Source: Azolla caroliniana | Taxonomy: Eukaryota > Plantae > Polypodiophyta | Direction of reading: 5' to 3' | Length of the DNA stretch: 64,000 nucleotides | Assembly (NCBI GenBank): GCA_043228905.1 | Contig: JBHGNT010000011.1 | Location: forward strand, 13,702,001 to 13,766,000 | Shown here: positions 1 to 12,027 of the stretch, one piece after another | How positions within the stretch are numbered: position 1 is the stretch's first letter | Layout of the letters: every line of letters begins with the position of its first letter | The notes under the pieces: model-generated | Databases searched by the model: none | The model's input: only the letters and a program-made list of their open reading frames with translations | Told to the model about the DNA's origin: nothing | Translations under genes and position numbers: made by a program

Positions 1-1971
1 ATGGAGGATGGGCTGGAATCAGATCTTTTCATTTGTAATTCGAGTATGGACATGTATGCTAAGTGTGGATGCCTCAAGGATGCACACAAGGTGTTTTGTG
101 ATATGAATCAGCGGGATGGAGTGTCATGGAATTCGCTTATTACAGGTTATGCACAACATGCAAATGGTGAGGAGGCTGTCCGGCTTCTGCAGCAAATGCT
201 CGTGGCTGGCCTGTGCCCTGATGATGTCACTTTTTCTAGTGTTATCAAAGCATGCGCTGTTATACATGATATATGTCTGGGTGAATTGGTCCATCAATGT
301 ATCATAGAACATGGCCTTGCCGATAATGTCCATGTAGGTAATATACTTATTCACATGTATATGGCATGTGGGAATGTGGAAGATGCGAATAATGTTTTTC
401 AGAAGCTAACAAATCCTGATGTTGTGACATGGAGTACTATGATGTCTGGTTATGCTCATCATGGACATGGTGACCTAGCTTTAACAACATTTGCATGGAT
501 GCAAGGGGAAGGGTTGAAACCCAACAAGGTAACATATCCTAGCATTCTGAAAGCTTGTGCGATTATACCGGCCCTTGATCAAGGTAAATCAATCCATTCT
601 CATATTATAGAGAATGATTTTGGGTCGGATGCTTACATTGTAAGTGCACTTATTGATATGTATGCAAAATGTGGAAGCTTGGATGATGCATCTAGAGTCT
701 TTGATCAATTTTCACAGAGAAGTGAAGTGGCTTTGAATTCTATGATTTCTGCTTATGCTCAGCATGAGCATGGGCAAGAAGCCTTTCGACTTTTCCATCG
801 GTTTGAGCAGCTGGGATTCAAGCCAGATAGAGTTACATTGCTTAATGTGGTAAAGGCTTGTTCTATCATCGTAGCACTGGAATGGGGAATGTTGCTTCAC
901 GACCAAATAGTGAGATGTGGATACGTGGACGAGTTATCCATTTGTAATGCTCTTATTGACATGTATTCGAAATGTGGAAGCCTGGCTGATGCATGTACTG
1001 TCTTTGAGAAAATGCCTACCCGAGGTGTGATCACATGGAGTGCAATGCTTGCTGGCTATGCCTTGCACAATGAATATGATATTGTTCTTCAGTGCTTTGA
1101 AGAGATGCAGAATATAGGTCTGAAACCAAACCATGTAACGTTTCTTTCTCTTCTATCTGCATGTGGTCATAAGGGTCTCATTGATAAAGCATATGATTAC
1201 TTTTATTCGATGAAGGCTGGGTATGGTATTAAGCCTGCAACTGAGCACTATAATTGTATGATTGACCTTCTTGGTCGAGCAGGCCGGGTGGATGAAGCAG
1301 AGTATCTGCTTCTTACAATGCCGTATAGAAACAAGTTTTTATCATGGAAGTCGTTACTGAGTCACTCTAAAGTTTACAGGAACGTACAGCTTGGAAGACG
1401 ATGTTTTGATCATCTTATTGCCATTGATTCGGCGGATGCTTCTCTCTACGCACTCATGTCAGATATCTATGCTGATGCAAATATGTGGGAAGAAGTACGC
1501 CAGATTCAAGAGATGAAAATGAATGCATGTGCACGGAAAAGTCCAGCAAAAGCCTTTATTCCAGTTGAGAACATGGTGCATGACTTTATTGATGGAGACC
1601 GAAGGCACTCTGAAAGTGATAATATCTACACAAGACTTAAAGAAATAGACAACAAAATGAAAGAGCACAAAATAATCTCGCATTTACCACCTATATGGAA
1701 ATTGAATTCTGTTGATGAAGACAAAGAGGATGTGCTAGGGGGTCATTGTGAACTGCTTGCTATAGCATTTGGACTCATTACTACCCAAGCTGGCACAACT
1801 TTGCGAGTGGCCAAGAATCTGAAGGTGTGTACTGATTGTCACACTGCAATGAAGTTTATCTCCAAAATTGAAAAGCGAGATATAATGCTCATGGATAATT
1901 ATTGTGTCCATCATGTAAAAGATGGTATATGTTCCTGTAAGGATTTGCCTAACAAAGGAATGGGTTCTTGA
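1..1971 (+). CDS. PLS-class pentatricopeptide repeat protein with E1/E2 and DYW:KP-like deaminase domain (probably 5'-truncated by the window edge)
   Basis: 656-aa intronless ORF of P-L-S repeats (e.g. SALIDMYAKCGSLDDA, VITWSAMLAGY, EHYNCMIDLLGRAG). E domains follow, then KSPAKAF in place of the PG box, GHCELLAIAFGL, CTDCH and HHVKDGICSC. Confidence 0.96.
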   Translation: MEDGLESDLFICNSSMDMYAKCGCLKDAHKVFCDMNQRDGVSWNSLITGYAQHANGEEAVRLLQQMLVAGLCPDDVTFSSVIKACAVIHDICLGELVHQCIIEHGLADNVHVGNILIHMYMACGNVEDANNVFQKLTNPDVVTWSTMMSGYAHHGHGDLALTTFAWMQGEGLKPNKVTYPSILKACAIIPALDQGKSIHSHIIENDFGSDAYIVSALIDMYAKCGSLDDASRVFDQFSQRSEVALNSMISAYAQHEHGQEAFRLFHRFEQLGFKPDRVTLLNVVKACSIIVALEWGMLLHDQIVRCGYVDELSICNALIDMYSKCGSLADACTVFEKMPTRGVITWSAMLAGYALHNEYDIVLQCFEEMQNIGLKPNHVTFLSLLSACGHKGLIDKAYDYFYSMKAGYGIKPATEHYNCMIDLLGRAGRVDEAEYLLLTMPYRNKFLSWKSLLSHSKVYRNVQLGRRCFDHLIAIDSADASLYALMSDIYADANMWEEVRQIQEMKMNACARKSPAKAFIPVENMVHDFIDGDRRHSESDNIYTRLKEIDNKMKEHKIISHLPPIWKLNSVDEDKEDVLGGHCELLAIAFGLITTQAGTTLRVAKNLKVCTDCHTAMKFISKIEKRDIMLMDNYCVHHVKDGICSCKDLPNKGMGS

Positions 1972-3153
1972 GCTGAATGACTGTGCTTGCTGAAAGTGAT
2001 ATCATCCATAAATGATTTAACTGTAACATGTGACATTTTCAGAGAGTTGGCAACTAATAGCAACGATTAATGCTTGGATGGAAAAGGACATGTAAAGGGC
2101 AGAGTCTGTCTATTGCTGACAAAATAGTGTCCTTTGTTGCTTTGTTGTTTACAATGGTATCTCGAAAGCTTAGCCCTTTTCTCATAAAACATTGTTAAGG
2201 AAGAGAGTCACCAAAGTAGGCACTAAAGAAAGTGCAGTTTGGTCAACAGTCTGAGGATGATCAACAGCCCCAGATCAAACATATTCAGTACTTTATGGCC
2301 ACAATCAGATAAAATTATTATTGTGACTCCTGTCAGTTTTTGACAAACTGACAAGAAACTCTCCACTGAAATGCTTGCCAACATTATATTGGGTAATTGA
2401 AATGCTAACGAATTGCTTACCTTGAGGTGTGGCATACATGTTCAACAGATAGGACACTAGATTACATACTCATAAATATCCCGGTGCAACATACAACAAG
2501 TATCCCTGCACAAGGTCAAGCAACAAAACTGACAGACATACATTTGGTGTATCCTATGATGTCCTGCACTACTACTAGCATGACACCCTGTCAAGGATAT
2601 AGTACCAAGTGTCATGGTCTGTAGGGACATGAACTCTCCCTTATGGAAGTAACAACCCATTTTCAGTGGTAATGTATTCTTCCATTGTCTTTTTTTTCTG
2701 AAGTAAAGTAAGAATGTGATGTGGGCAAATAACTCTTGCAACCCTCTACATAAGTTAGACCTCATCGTCTTTCTACGAGTTGTCACACTATCTTATATGC
2801 AGAGTCATGCCTATATCTCCCACTAACATCTCTTGCTCGTGATGTGAGTTAATAAAAAACCCGATTTTAGGATATAACTAAGGGCATCCGCTCTGAGTTC
2901 TATCAGCCCTGATGCTATCTAAATGTAAAAGTTAAAACCAAACTCAATAAATGATATTCATCGAATGAGTCTTTACCAATGACCCAGCACAACAACTTTC
3001 ACTCATCAATCAAATAATTGTCTTAACACATTAGGTCTCCCATCTTTGCGTAACACTAGCAAATGTATCCAACAGAAACAGTTTATTGGGGTTGATGTTG
3101 TCAACGACTATGTGGCTGCGAGAGGTCTTTATCACTGTCAATTTATGGTTAAT

Positions 3154-3622
3154 TAACAATCAGCAACGGTTCGGTTTGAACCGAACCAAACCGCGCAACC
3201 GTGGCTTAATGGTAAAAATGGTTTGGTTCGGTTCGGGTTCGGGTATTTTTAAACAGTTTGGTTCGGTTTGAACAGTCAAAACCCGTGGTTTTAACGGTTT
3301 AACGGTTTCTATTTTTTCTTTTTATTTTAAAAAATGTAAAAAAATTAAAAATTTGTTTTTAAACCATCTTTTCATTTTCCTGCCTTATTCTCACATTTTT
3401 GAAATATTTTAAATTTTTAAATTTGAATTTTGACCTAAGTTGAAAATTGAAACCAAGCCACGAAACCGCGGTTTTACCGGTTTAATGGCTTAATGGTTTG
3501 AATTTTTTGTAATGGTTCGTTTAAGGGTTTCCTAGTTCGGTTCGATTTGGTTCAAGTTTCGAAAATTTTAAACGGTTCGGTTTTTACCCTCTCGAACCGA
3601 ACCGAACCGTTGCCGATTGTTA
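3154..3622. mobile_element. Non-autonomous hAT-type MITE, copy 1
   Basis: TIRs TAACAATCAGCAACGGTTCGG / CCGAACCGTTGCCGATTGTTA. Perfect 8-bp TSD TGGTTAAT (3146-3153 and 3623-3630). Many subterminal AACCG/CGGTT repeats around an AT-rich core. Confidence 0.92.
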
Positions 3623-6600
3623 TGGTTAATCCGAATTACAATTAAGGTTTGTCGGGCATAGTTTTGCCAAACTCTTTTAGTTTTTTGGCTTTGTAGATTG
3701 TAATTTTTTAACCATATGTAACTATGCTTTCATTTGAGTTAGAATTTGGGCTCAATGAACCCTTATTGTCTTGTAACCAACTTCACTTCAATTACATACA
3801 TTTTGGCAATTGCAATTGCTTGTCTCTAAATGCTTGCTTCAAATTTTTTAGAAATTTAGAAATTATCAACCAAGTTGAAATCGTTAATCTAAATCTTCAA
3901 GGTTTAGAATAACAATTTGAATGAAAGACGCTCAACCTGTGCAGGCTTCCTCTTGATGATCTTGATCCCACATAGGTTAACTTCATGAATGAAAATTCTG
4001 AAGAAAAGTTGTTAAAATTCAACTCTGGTTAGATATTTGTAAACTAAATCTCTTTCCTGAATTTGATTTTGCTTTAAAAATTTTAGATGATGCAATAGGT
4101 CTTTGAGGAATCTTGATTTGCATAGGTTTTGACGAAAAACACAGTCGAAAAAAAAAGAATAGGCCTCAATTCTCTCCTTGAAATTTTGAGAAGACACTTT
4201 ACATTTGGAAACTCAATTGTCTACATATGTCATCATTCAGAATGGCGATACATCATCTCATGGGTTTATTCTATGCATTTTATGTTTGATAAGCAGAACT
4301 CTGGACACAAAAATTTGGCATTTTTTGCATCATCAATGCATCCCATAACATCCAAAAATCCCCATAGCCAGTTTTGAAGCACCTTGATCAAATGTCAAGA
4401 GGGATTGAGAGTCTTGGCCCGTGGGGATTTTTTGGTTATGTTGAACACATTGGTGATATCAACCGCAACCAACTCCACAATACATCATATGAATTTCTAC
4501 TCATTGTTGAGGTTTTCCCATCAAATTTGGCTCCCCTTAAGGCACTTGAAAATGAGTAAAATTTCACAAATATTTTTCCAACAAGGTAGATATCCAAGCC
4601 CAACCATTCCAAGGTTGACCCTCATCACTCTCATTCCAATACAAGTACGTGTTATACAAAGATTTGTCTAACATTCATTGGGAAGTAAAAGCCCATGGTG
4701 AGGATTGAAGTTGGTTGTCATCAATTCAATTTTAAAAGTATAGTGTAAATTATCAAGTAGACAAAGAGACACCATACAAAACACGAAGGTCATGATTTAA
4801 CCCCTACATTTTACAATGGCATTTAGCAAATTAACACAATTCATGGGATTTGAACTTACGCTATCCAGCATTGTAGGTTGATTAGTGGTATTGGACCTTT
4901 GGTGCATTGATATATAAAAACCATTTCTTACCACTACTTTAGCATGTTAAGTAGAAGAAAACAAGAATTTACTTCATATAACAAATCACCTAGCCCTTGC
5001 TTCGAAATCGCTTGTTAGAAAAAATCATAATAATAATATATCAATATATTAATCTACATGCAAATGGTAGATAAGCAATGACACTTTTTGTACATGAATG
5101 GCAAGGTCAAAGTCTAGTTCTTTTTTATGACATTTCATTCTTTAAACACAAAATCACATGAACAACCCTATATTTGCAGAATGTTTTGTTCCAAAATTGG
5201 AGAGTTGTGAATAGTTAAACCCAGCATCTATTGTTGGGAATGGAAATAACGTGATTGAAGTAAATTATTTAATATGTTTTTCAATGTCAATTGTCAAACT
5301 AAGATTGAGAATCGTTAAAATGTCAATCAAAGCTCCAATTCTAACCTAGGGCCAGCCAAAAGTTGACTTACATTGTCACCATTTAGGAATGGAAATGTGT
5401 GAACATGCATTTTTTATATTGTTGCACTCTTAAGATTTGAAATGCATGCAATAAGTTATAACACAATGTGAGTAGATCAAAGTCAATTCATGAAGTCAAT
5501 TCATTAATTCATTTGTCTTTAAATGTTTGTATATACTAAGATTGGCCAAGACCCTCAAAACCATGTCTTAAAGATGACAAGGGGTGGATAGATATATGGC
5601 CAAAGTTGTAACTTATGGCCATAAGGTGGCCTACATACTTAGCAGTTGGGTAATGAACTAAACAATAGGGAATGGTATCCTTGGGACATGTGTGAGTTGA
5701 CAAAGTCCGTCCACAATATTGTGAATTTGAGTGTACATGGCCACAAGGCATAATGTACAAATGAGCTAGAAGGCCCAAGGGGACCAGCAATTCATACGAT
5801 CATCATGTAGCTCCGCACTAGAATCTCACAAATCCTTGACATAATCCATTATCAGCTCATTGACCCCATTTTGCATGAGCCTAAAATTATTGTATGCCAT
5901 TAATTTTCTATAACTCATCATTTTTGTAACAAAACCAAAACATATGATTCCAACCATGATCATGCATACAAAAGCTCTTTCATAGGGTAGTATATTGATG
6001 TACATTATCCTACAAATCTATGAGAAGTAAACAAAGTATCACTTGTCTATCTTATTACTTCTAGTAAGTTTACGTGGTGTTGATAGAATAAGTTTACCGG
6101 GAGGAATCTAAAAAACAAGGGATGTGTTTATTCCTGATTAAAGAGTTTGAATAACTACTCACTAAGTCAACACTAAGAGTTACTTAGATAAGACAATGGA
6201 AAATATAGAGATATGGGTATCCCAATACCCGCAAACATGCTACTCTCAACTCCATTATGTCCCAAATAAATAGTATGGTTGTATGTTGCCAAGCCCTCAA
6301 ATATGCTAACGTCAGCTCCATTGCCTCGCACATAAGCATCATGTTTTTTTGTTGCAAACCCCTCAATATCCAACTTTGAACTATTTGTGCATTCGCACAT
6401 AATCACAAAATGTGGTCGTTTATGCTAGCTTAACATTGCAATTGTAAAGACATAAGCAATGGTTCATTTCTGCGATCACTTATTCTCAAAATGTTGTGTT
6501 TGTTAATATGATTTGAAATATATCACAAGCATATTGCTGATAATTGATGCAGTCTCAACGTGTAGGATCACCAATTCAGTCCAGTATGTGTTACATTTCT

Positions 6601-6667
6601 ATATACATGATAATAAATGCCCACTTTAGTAAACACAGATTTCATGGCCATGGTTATGAAATTGATC

Positions 6668-7885
6668 TTACATTGGTTCATGGATAGTTACAGAGTCAAG
6701 GATGTTGGTGCTATCATCCCAATCATTTCCAAGGAAGTTGAGTTGGAGACCTTTGCTTTTATATGCGAGTGAGATGGAACCCCGTCTTCCTCCGCCCCAT
6801 TTGCCATCTGGTTCTCCAAGCACCTTTACAATGTCCACTGCCCGCATGTCCATCCTGTAACCAAGCATGAAGGCGAGAGATCAACGAGTGATAGCGATTC
6901 TGTTCAAAGAAGACCTACAGAACTAATTGCTATTTGGAAAGGAAAGTGAGATAAAAGATACATGTGGACAAAGAGTGATGCAACAGGGAAATAGCAAAAT
7001 ACATAGCAAGCTGCCACAATCCACATAGGGAATCACTACGGTATCATGCTTTTGTGTTAGGCAATGCCACCCTTTGCTCCAGACATAAAAACAGGGATTG
7101 GACATATGCAACCAGAAATGCAAATTTCTCACTACAGTCGTAACAGATATGTTTGCATAGAAAAAAATTTCAAGGCCAACCTCTTTGAGGATCAATAGAC
7201 ATTGCTAAATACATTACCAAAGGTAGAATGTTGGTCCTGAGTTAGACGAGGCTAACCCCTCTGGAGACCACAGTCTGGAAATTGCTGTATATGCTAATGA
7301 AGGATTGTCCTCAGGCGGAAATACAAATTGCTCACTACAGCCATAAGGCAAATATACTTGCATAGCGATAGTTTTGAATCAAAATGGTGCTCGTGTGAGT
7401 GCACTATGATTGCAAAAGGATCAATCATGATAAGTATGGTGAACTCAGAAAGCACCTTATACCTTTCCCTAATTTCAAACAATTGAACATCATCGACTAT
7501 GTACTAGTCGAACATGATGCCTTCAACTTTATACAAAATTTCAAAGTAACAGAGAGATTCTTAAATTGGGATCATGTGACGATACATGTAAGGATAAAAT
7601 TAACCCAACATGGGAAAGCCAAACCAATGCATGCCTCAGATTGGTCGCATATAAAATTATACGTCGAGAAAGACCAGTAACTGAAGAATGGAGACAATGG
7701 ACTAATATCAGCCCTCAATCAGTAGTCTCTTGTATCTGTTGATGCAATGTACATGCATGCATGCATTGTTGTAATAAGCAAAAAATATACATGGAATTTC
7801 ATGTCAATCTACATACATATTCGACATAAAAATAGCACAAGCATATATTGATATATATATATATATACATACATACATACATACA

Positions 7886-7922
<37 letters not shown>

Positions 7923-7952
7923 CATACATATATGTATGTATGTATGTATATG

Positions 7953-7988
<36 letters not shown>

Positions 7989-8022
7989 TATGTATAAATA
8001 TGTATACATATATATAACATAC

Positions 8023-8055
<33 letters not shown>

Positions 8056-8063
8056 TGTATATG

Positions 8064-8099
<36 letters not shown>

Positions 8100-8600
8100 T
8101 GTATGTATGTATGTATGTATGTATGTATGTATGTATGTATGTATATGTATAAATATATGTATGTATGTGTGTGTGTGTGTGTGTGTATATATACATATAT
8201 ATATATGCATGTATATAGGTGTATGAGACAGAATGTGTGCTGACCTCAATCCATGGGGGAGGGGACCTCGGAAGATGGCATAACCATGTGTGCCATTGTA
8301 GACGTGGAGGGCTCGCAAGAGGGAGGCCTCGAAGCAGAGGGAGAGACCCAAGCCAGGATAGTTGTGGTAGACGCAGGGAGGCCGGTTGCCAAGAGACGAG
8401 GCTGCGAAAGAGGCTTTGGAGAGTGAAGAGGTATCGCCCACATTAGCTCCTCCTCCTCCATCGTTATCATCATCAGTCACCGCCCCTGCTGCAGCTGCCT
8501 CTGCTTCTGCCTCTGCCGCCGCCAAGAGGATGAATCGAGAGAGGAAGGGGTCATCATGCAGGCAGCCCAGAAGGCCGTATACCTCCTCCACTTCTCCCAT
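6668..8600 (-). CDS. Uncharacterised 180-aa protein, two exons (8600-8245, 6854-6668)
   Basis: GC-rich exon MGEVEEVYGLLG...YHNYPGLGLSLCF...LHVYNG...FRGPLPHGL. It joins in frame via AG|GTCAGC ... TTACAG|G to RMDMRAVDIVKVLGEPDGKWGGG...GLQLNFLGNDWDDSTNILDSVTIHEPM*. Total 543 nt. Confidence 0.8.
7340..7680 (+). mobile_element. LINE endonuclease relic inside the intron of the small gene
   Basis: NIIDYVLVEHDAFNFIQNFKVTERFLNWDH resembles the IDY...SDH C-terminal motifs of APE-type endonucleases. Confidence 0.5.
7850..8217. repeat. Compound (TA)n/(TACA)n/(TATG)n/(TG)n microsatellite
   Basis: Directly visible. The TACA tract is followed by complementary TATG tracts, with an internal higher-order duplication. 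Confidence 0.97.
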
Positions 8601-8770
8601 CAGACTGCTCGCAAGCAGTCTGTCTGTCTGTAGGCTCTCTCTGATTTCTGTTCTTTGAACCTCTGTACCTATACACTCTGACATATACACATGTATGTAT
8701 GTGTGTACGTATTTATCTAACGTATGTATCAATGTATGTATGTATGTATGTATGTATGTATGAACGTACG

Positions 8771-9827
8771 TGTCTATTTGCACCCAAATCATAAAAGAGG
8801 CGTTCTTGGTCATGGAATTGGGGCCTTGGGACGGTGCGCGACCCGGCTTATTTGAGGGTGTATGCGCGATCTACACCGTCCGATCCTTATCCAAATAAAG
8901 CACACCCAATCAAAAAGTTGTCACCCTCTGTCACTGGATGCCCGACCATTAAATATCCAAGACACCCTACTCACTAGATTCAGACGCCCTTGCCCTACTC
9001 ACACCTCTCCAGACGCCCTACTCATACTAGGAAGATGCCCTGCTCACACCCTTCACACACCCTGCTCCGTGGAAGACGCCCTACTCACACCCTTCGGATG
9101 CCTTGCTCTGCAGAAGACGCCTTGCTTATACTTATTGAGGCGCTCAACTAAAATTAAGGGTTTAGGGTATAAAACCCTTTGTCGATCGGCTTTTTGACAT
9201 TTCTCAAATCAGAGATTGTGGTTTTAGGAGGGATTGTTGACATCCATCGGCATGCACCAAAAAATCACCTACACCTGCATTATGATCAACATCACCACCT
9301 GCAAAAATACCATTTTCAAGCAACAAGCAAAAGTAGATACCAATAAAATACATACCTCCCAACTTAGCAAGTGGCAATGCAGATGCAGGTGCAGGTAATT
9401 AGCAATGAAGTTGGTGATGACTTCTTCCCTCCTAAAACCTTGGTCGTCTATTTCAAAAATGTGACAAAAATGACAAACATATGGGTTTTAGTTGACTATC
9501 ATTATAAGTCAGGCTCCCCCAATTAGTTGGGCTCCTTTGAGTCAAGATCCCTTTATGAGTCGGGATACTGCCCTAAGATGGTCGGGCTCCTACCTTTGAG
9601 TTGGGCGACTGTAGAGTGTTAAGTTGGCCAACTAATTTGAGTCAAGCAACTAAGATTTGAATGGTCATTCTACTTGGGCTCCCAAATTTCAGTTTTTTTG
9701 ATGACACTTTTTTTTTTTATAAAGATCGCACGCTGCAAATCGCACACGCCCTCAAAAACACGTTCTGCATCATCCATGGCCATGATTCTGTCGCCAAGCC
9801 TCATTATGATCTGGGTGCAAATAGACA
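8771..9827. mobile_element. Non-autonomous long-TIR DNA element (Mutator-like by TIR length)
   Basis: TGTCTATTTGCACCCAAATCATAA at 8771 matches the reverse complement of TTATGATCTGGGTGCAAATAGACA ending at 9827 (23/24). Patchy inverted similarity extends about 120 bp. Internal degenerate GACGCCCTACTCACAC repeats at about 8950-9130. No clear TSD; both flanks are TATG/TG repeats. Confidence 0.75.
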
Positions 9828-9999
9828 TGTCAATATGTATGTGTGTGTGTGTGTATGCATGCGTATGTGTGTTTGTATTTGTATGTATTGGCTTTTTACA
9901 CTAAGATTTAGGACACGAGCCTTAATGTTATCACAATGATAGGTTGACAAACTTGCATCATTTGTAACATAGTAACACAAAAGTGGCTTCAACGATTGT

Positions 10000-11560
10000 G
10001 CATGTTACAGTGACACAATGGACGTGTCTCTTCTCCATATAAGTTGAGGAGAACACTCTCCATGGATTCCTTACATGCCCAATTGCAAACATAACATAAT
10101 TATCCAAAAGCAAGTTGTTCTCCCTAGTGGGGCTCAATTTATTATTTTACAGGAAGGACAATATACATGGGAACTCTTGAATGTATATGCTTCTAATACT
10201 AACTTGGCTTGGAAACGATTTTGGAAGGATATCTTACATGCTTTACCTTAGCTTGATTGCCATTGCATTGTGGTTTATTTCAACATTATTGAGGATCCCA
10301 TATATTGAGAGGGAGGTACTTTAGTAATTATACATGCACGTAAATCAGCAATTTGGGAATGATTGATTTTTTCCTTATAATCGATTTATGCTTGGCATGT
10401 ACCTTTAGTGGGTACCTTCAATGGTTCGTACTGAGTCATCGCTCCTTTTTAACGATTAGATAGGGATAATAATGGTACTAATCTATCTAGATTAGATAGA
10501 TTTTATGTGTTCGAAAAATTTACCACAACTATTGTTACAATACATATAATGTCCAATGCTACCTTTTCTAATCATGTTCCGATTATCTTTTCCACATTGG
10601 ATCAACAATCCCATGGCATGTCTACTTTGAAGATACCCAAAAATATACTATTAGATTATAGCTTTTTGTTGCAAGTTGTCGATTTATGGTATTACAAATA
10701 CGCTTTTGGGGACTCAAGTGCAATGAATGTTTACGCGAAATCTCTAAATTCTTTAAACATAAATCTAAGGACAGGTTTAGTATGCTTCATCAACAAGAAA
10801 AACAATGTCATGTCTCTAGTGTCTTTACAACGGTTGCAAGAATGTTATCCATGTTGTGCATAGACCATTGAGCAACTTGGGACAACAAAATAAGAACTTA
10901 CTTTAATTCTAGAAAAGAGAGGAGAATTCCAGTATCATCACATGACATCTATGTGGACCCACATGGGAGACAAGGGAACATCATAATTTTTTCACATTAT
11001 AATACCAAAACATAATGTTATTTCTATAATATGACTTCTTCAATATGAGAATGGGTTCATCACATTAGATCCATAAGAGATGAGAGCTTGCAACATGTTA
11101 TATTTGATAGTTTATTATCATGTAGATCCCACGTATGGAATACTTTGGAACCAAAAGTAACATTGCACATGAATGTTCAACAATTGTGGTAGGTCTTCTA
11201 TTACGATGAAGTGAGAGATGCACTTCAATCCTTGCCCAAATACAAGTGCCCAAGTATGGATGGTCCAACCCCACATTTTTTCATTGAATACTAGGATTTG
11301 CTCAAGGTGGACTTTTGTATAGCCTATCAACACATTTTCCATGATGGTTGTATACCTTCACATTTTACAAAAGGACTAATTTACCTTTTACCTAAGTTTG
11401 AGGGTTGCTCACTTTTCAATACTCAACATTGTTTATAAAATCCTTGCGAAATTACTTAGTATACGCCTTCAAACTATGTTATCTACAATTGTACATCCAA
11501 CCCAAACATGTTTCATTCATGAACGAAGTATCTTGGATAATGTGTATATCATAATCTCAT
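10000..11560 (+). pseudogene. Degenerate L1-like LINE ORF2 (endonuclease to start of RT)
   Basis: Motifs appear in the expected order across frameshifts and stops: LNVYASN, FNIIED, SRLDRFYV, SNHVPI, VYKILAK, ERSILDNV. Confidence 0.8.
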
Positions 11561-12027
11561 TTGTGGGAGGATAGCTTTATTCGAACTATTTTTTTTGCAT
11601 CGAAGCAAGTATTGCCTAGATTGCTCCACAATTCACATACTCGAAACTATATTTTACAACATCAAATGGGTCTAGTTCTAGATTCTAGATTGTGGTTGGC
11701 GTACGGGGGAAATGGCAAAACAACTTACTAACTGAGCCAAGACTTGATACATATTTATATCATGTGCTTGGCAGGAAGAAAAAACATGATTAGCCAAGAT
11801 TCATGGAGGACAAATAATGTATCAACATCAGGAAGCGACAAATATAGCCACCATATGACCCACTACCTCTCACTTCAAATGTATTTTTTTTTTCCAATAT
11901 TTGAAGTACTCCTAGTTGTAAAGGGTCATTTTTAGGATATGACATTTTGTTATTGTGTTGTGAGTAATGCAAGTCATTTGTCTCCTTTGATGGAAATGAA
12001 AATTGATCATCCTTATGTTGTAGAATC

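Noticed and set aside
7799-8243. Several ORFs rich in YIHT/MYVC
   Set aside because: These are translations of the TACA/TATG microsatellite inside an intron.
8950-9130. CRISPR-like repeat array
   Set aside because: The repeats are degenerate and irregularly spaced inside a TIR element, in a eukaryotic context with no cas genes.
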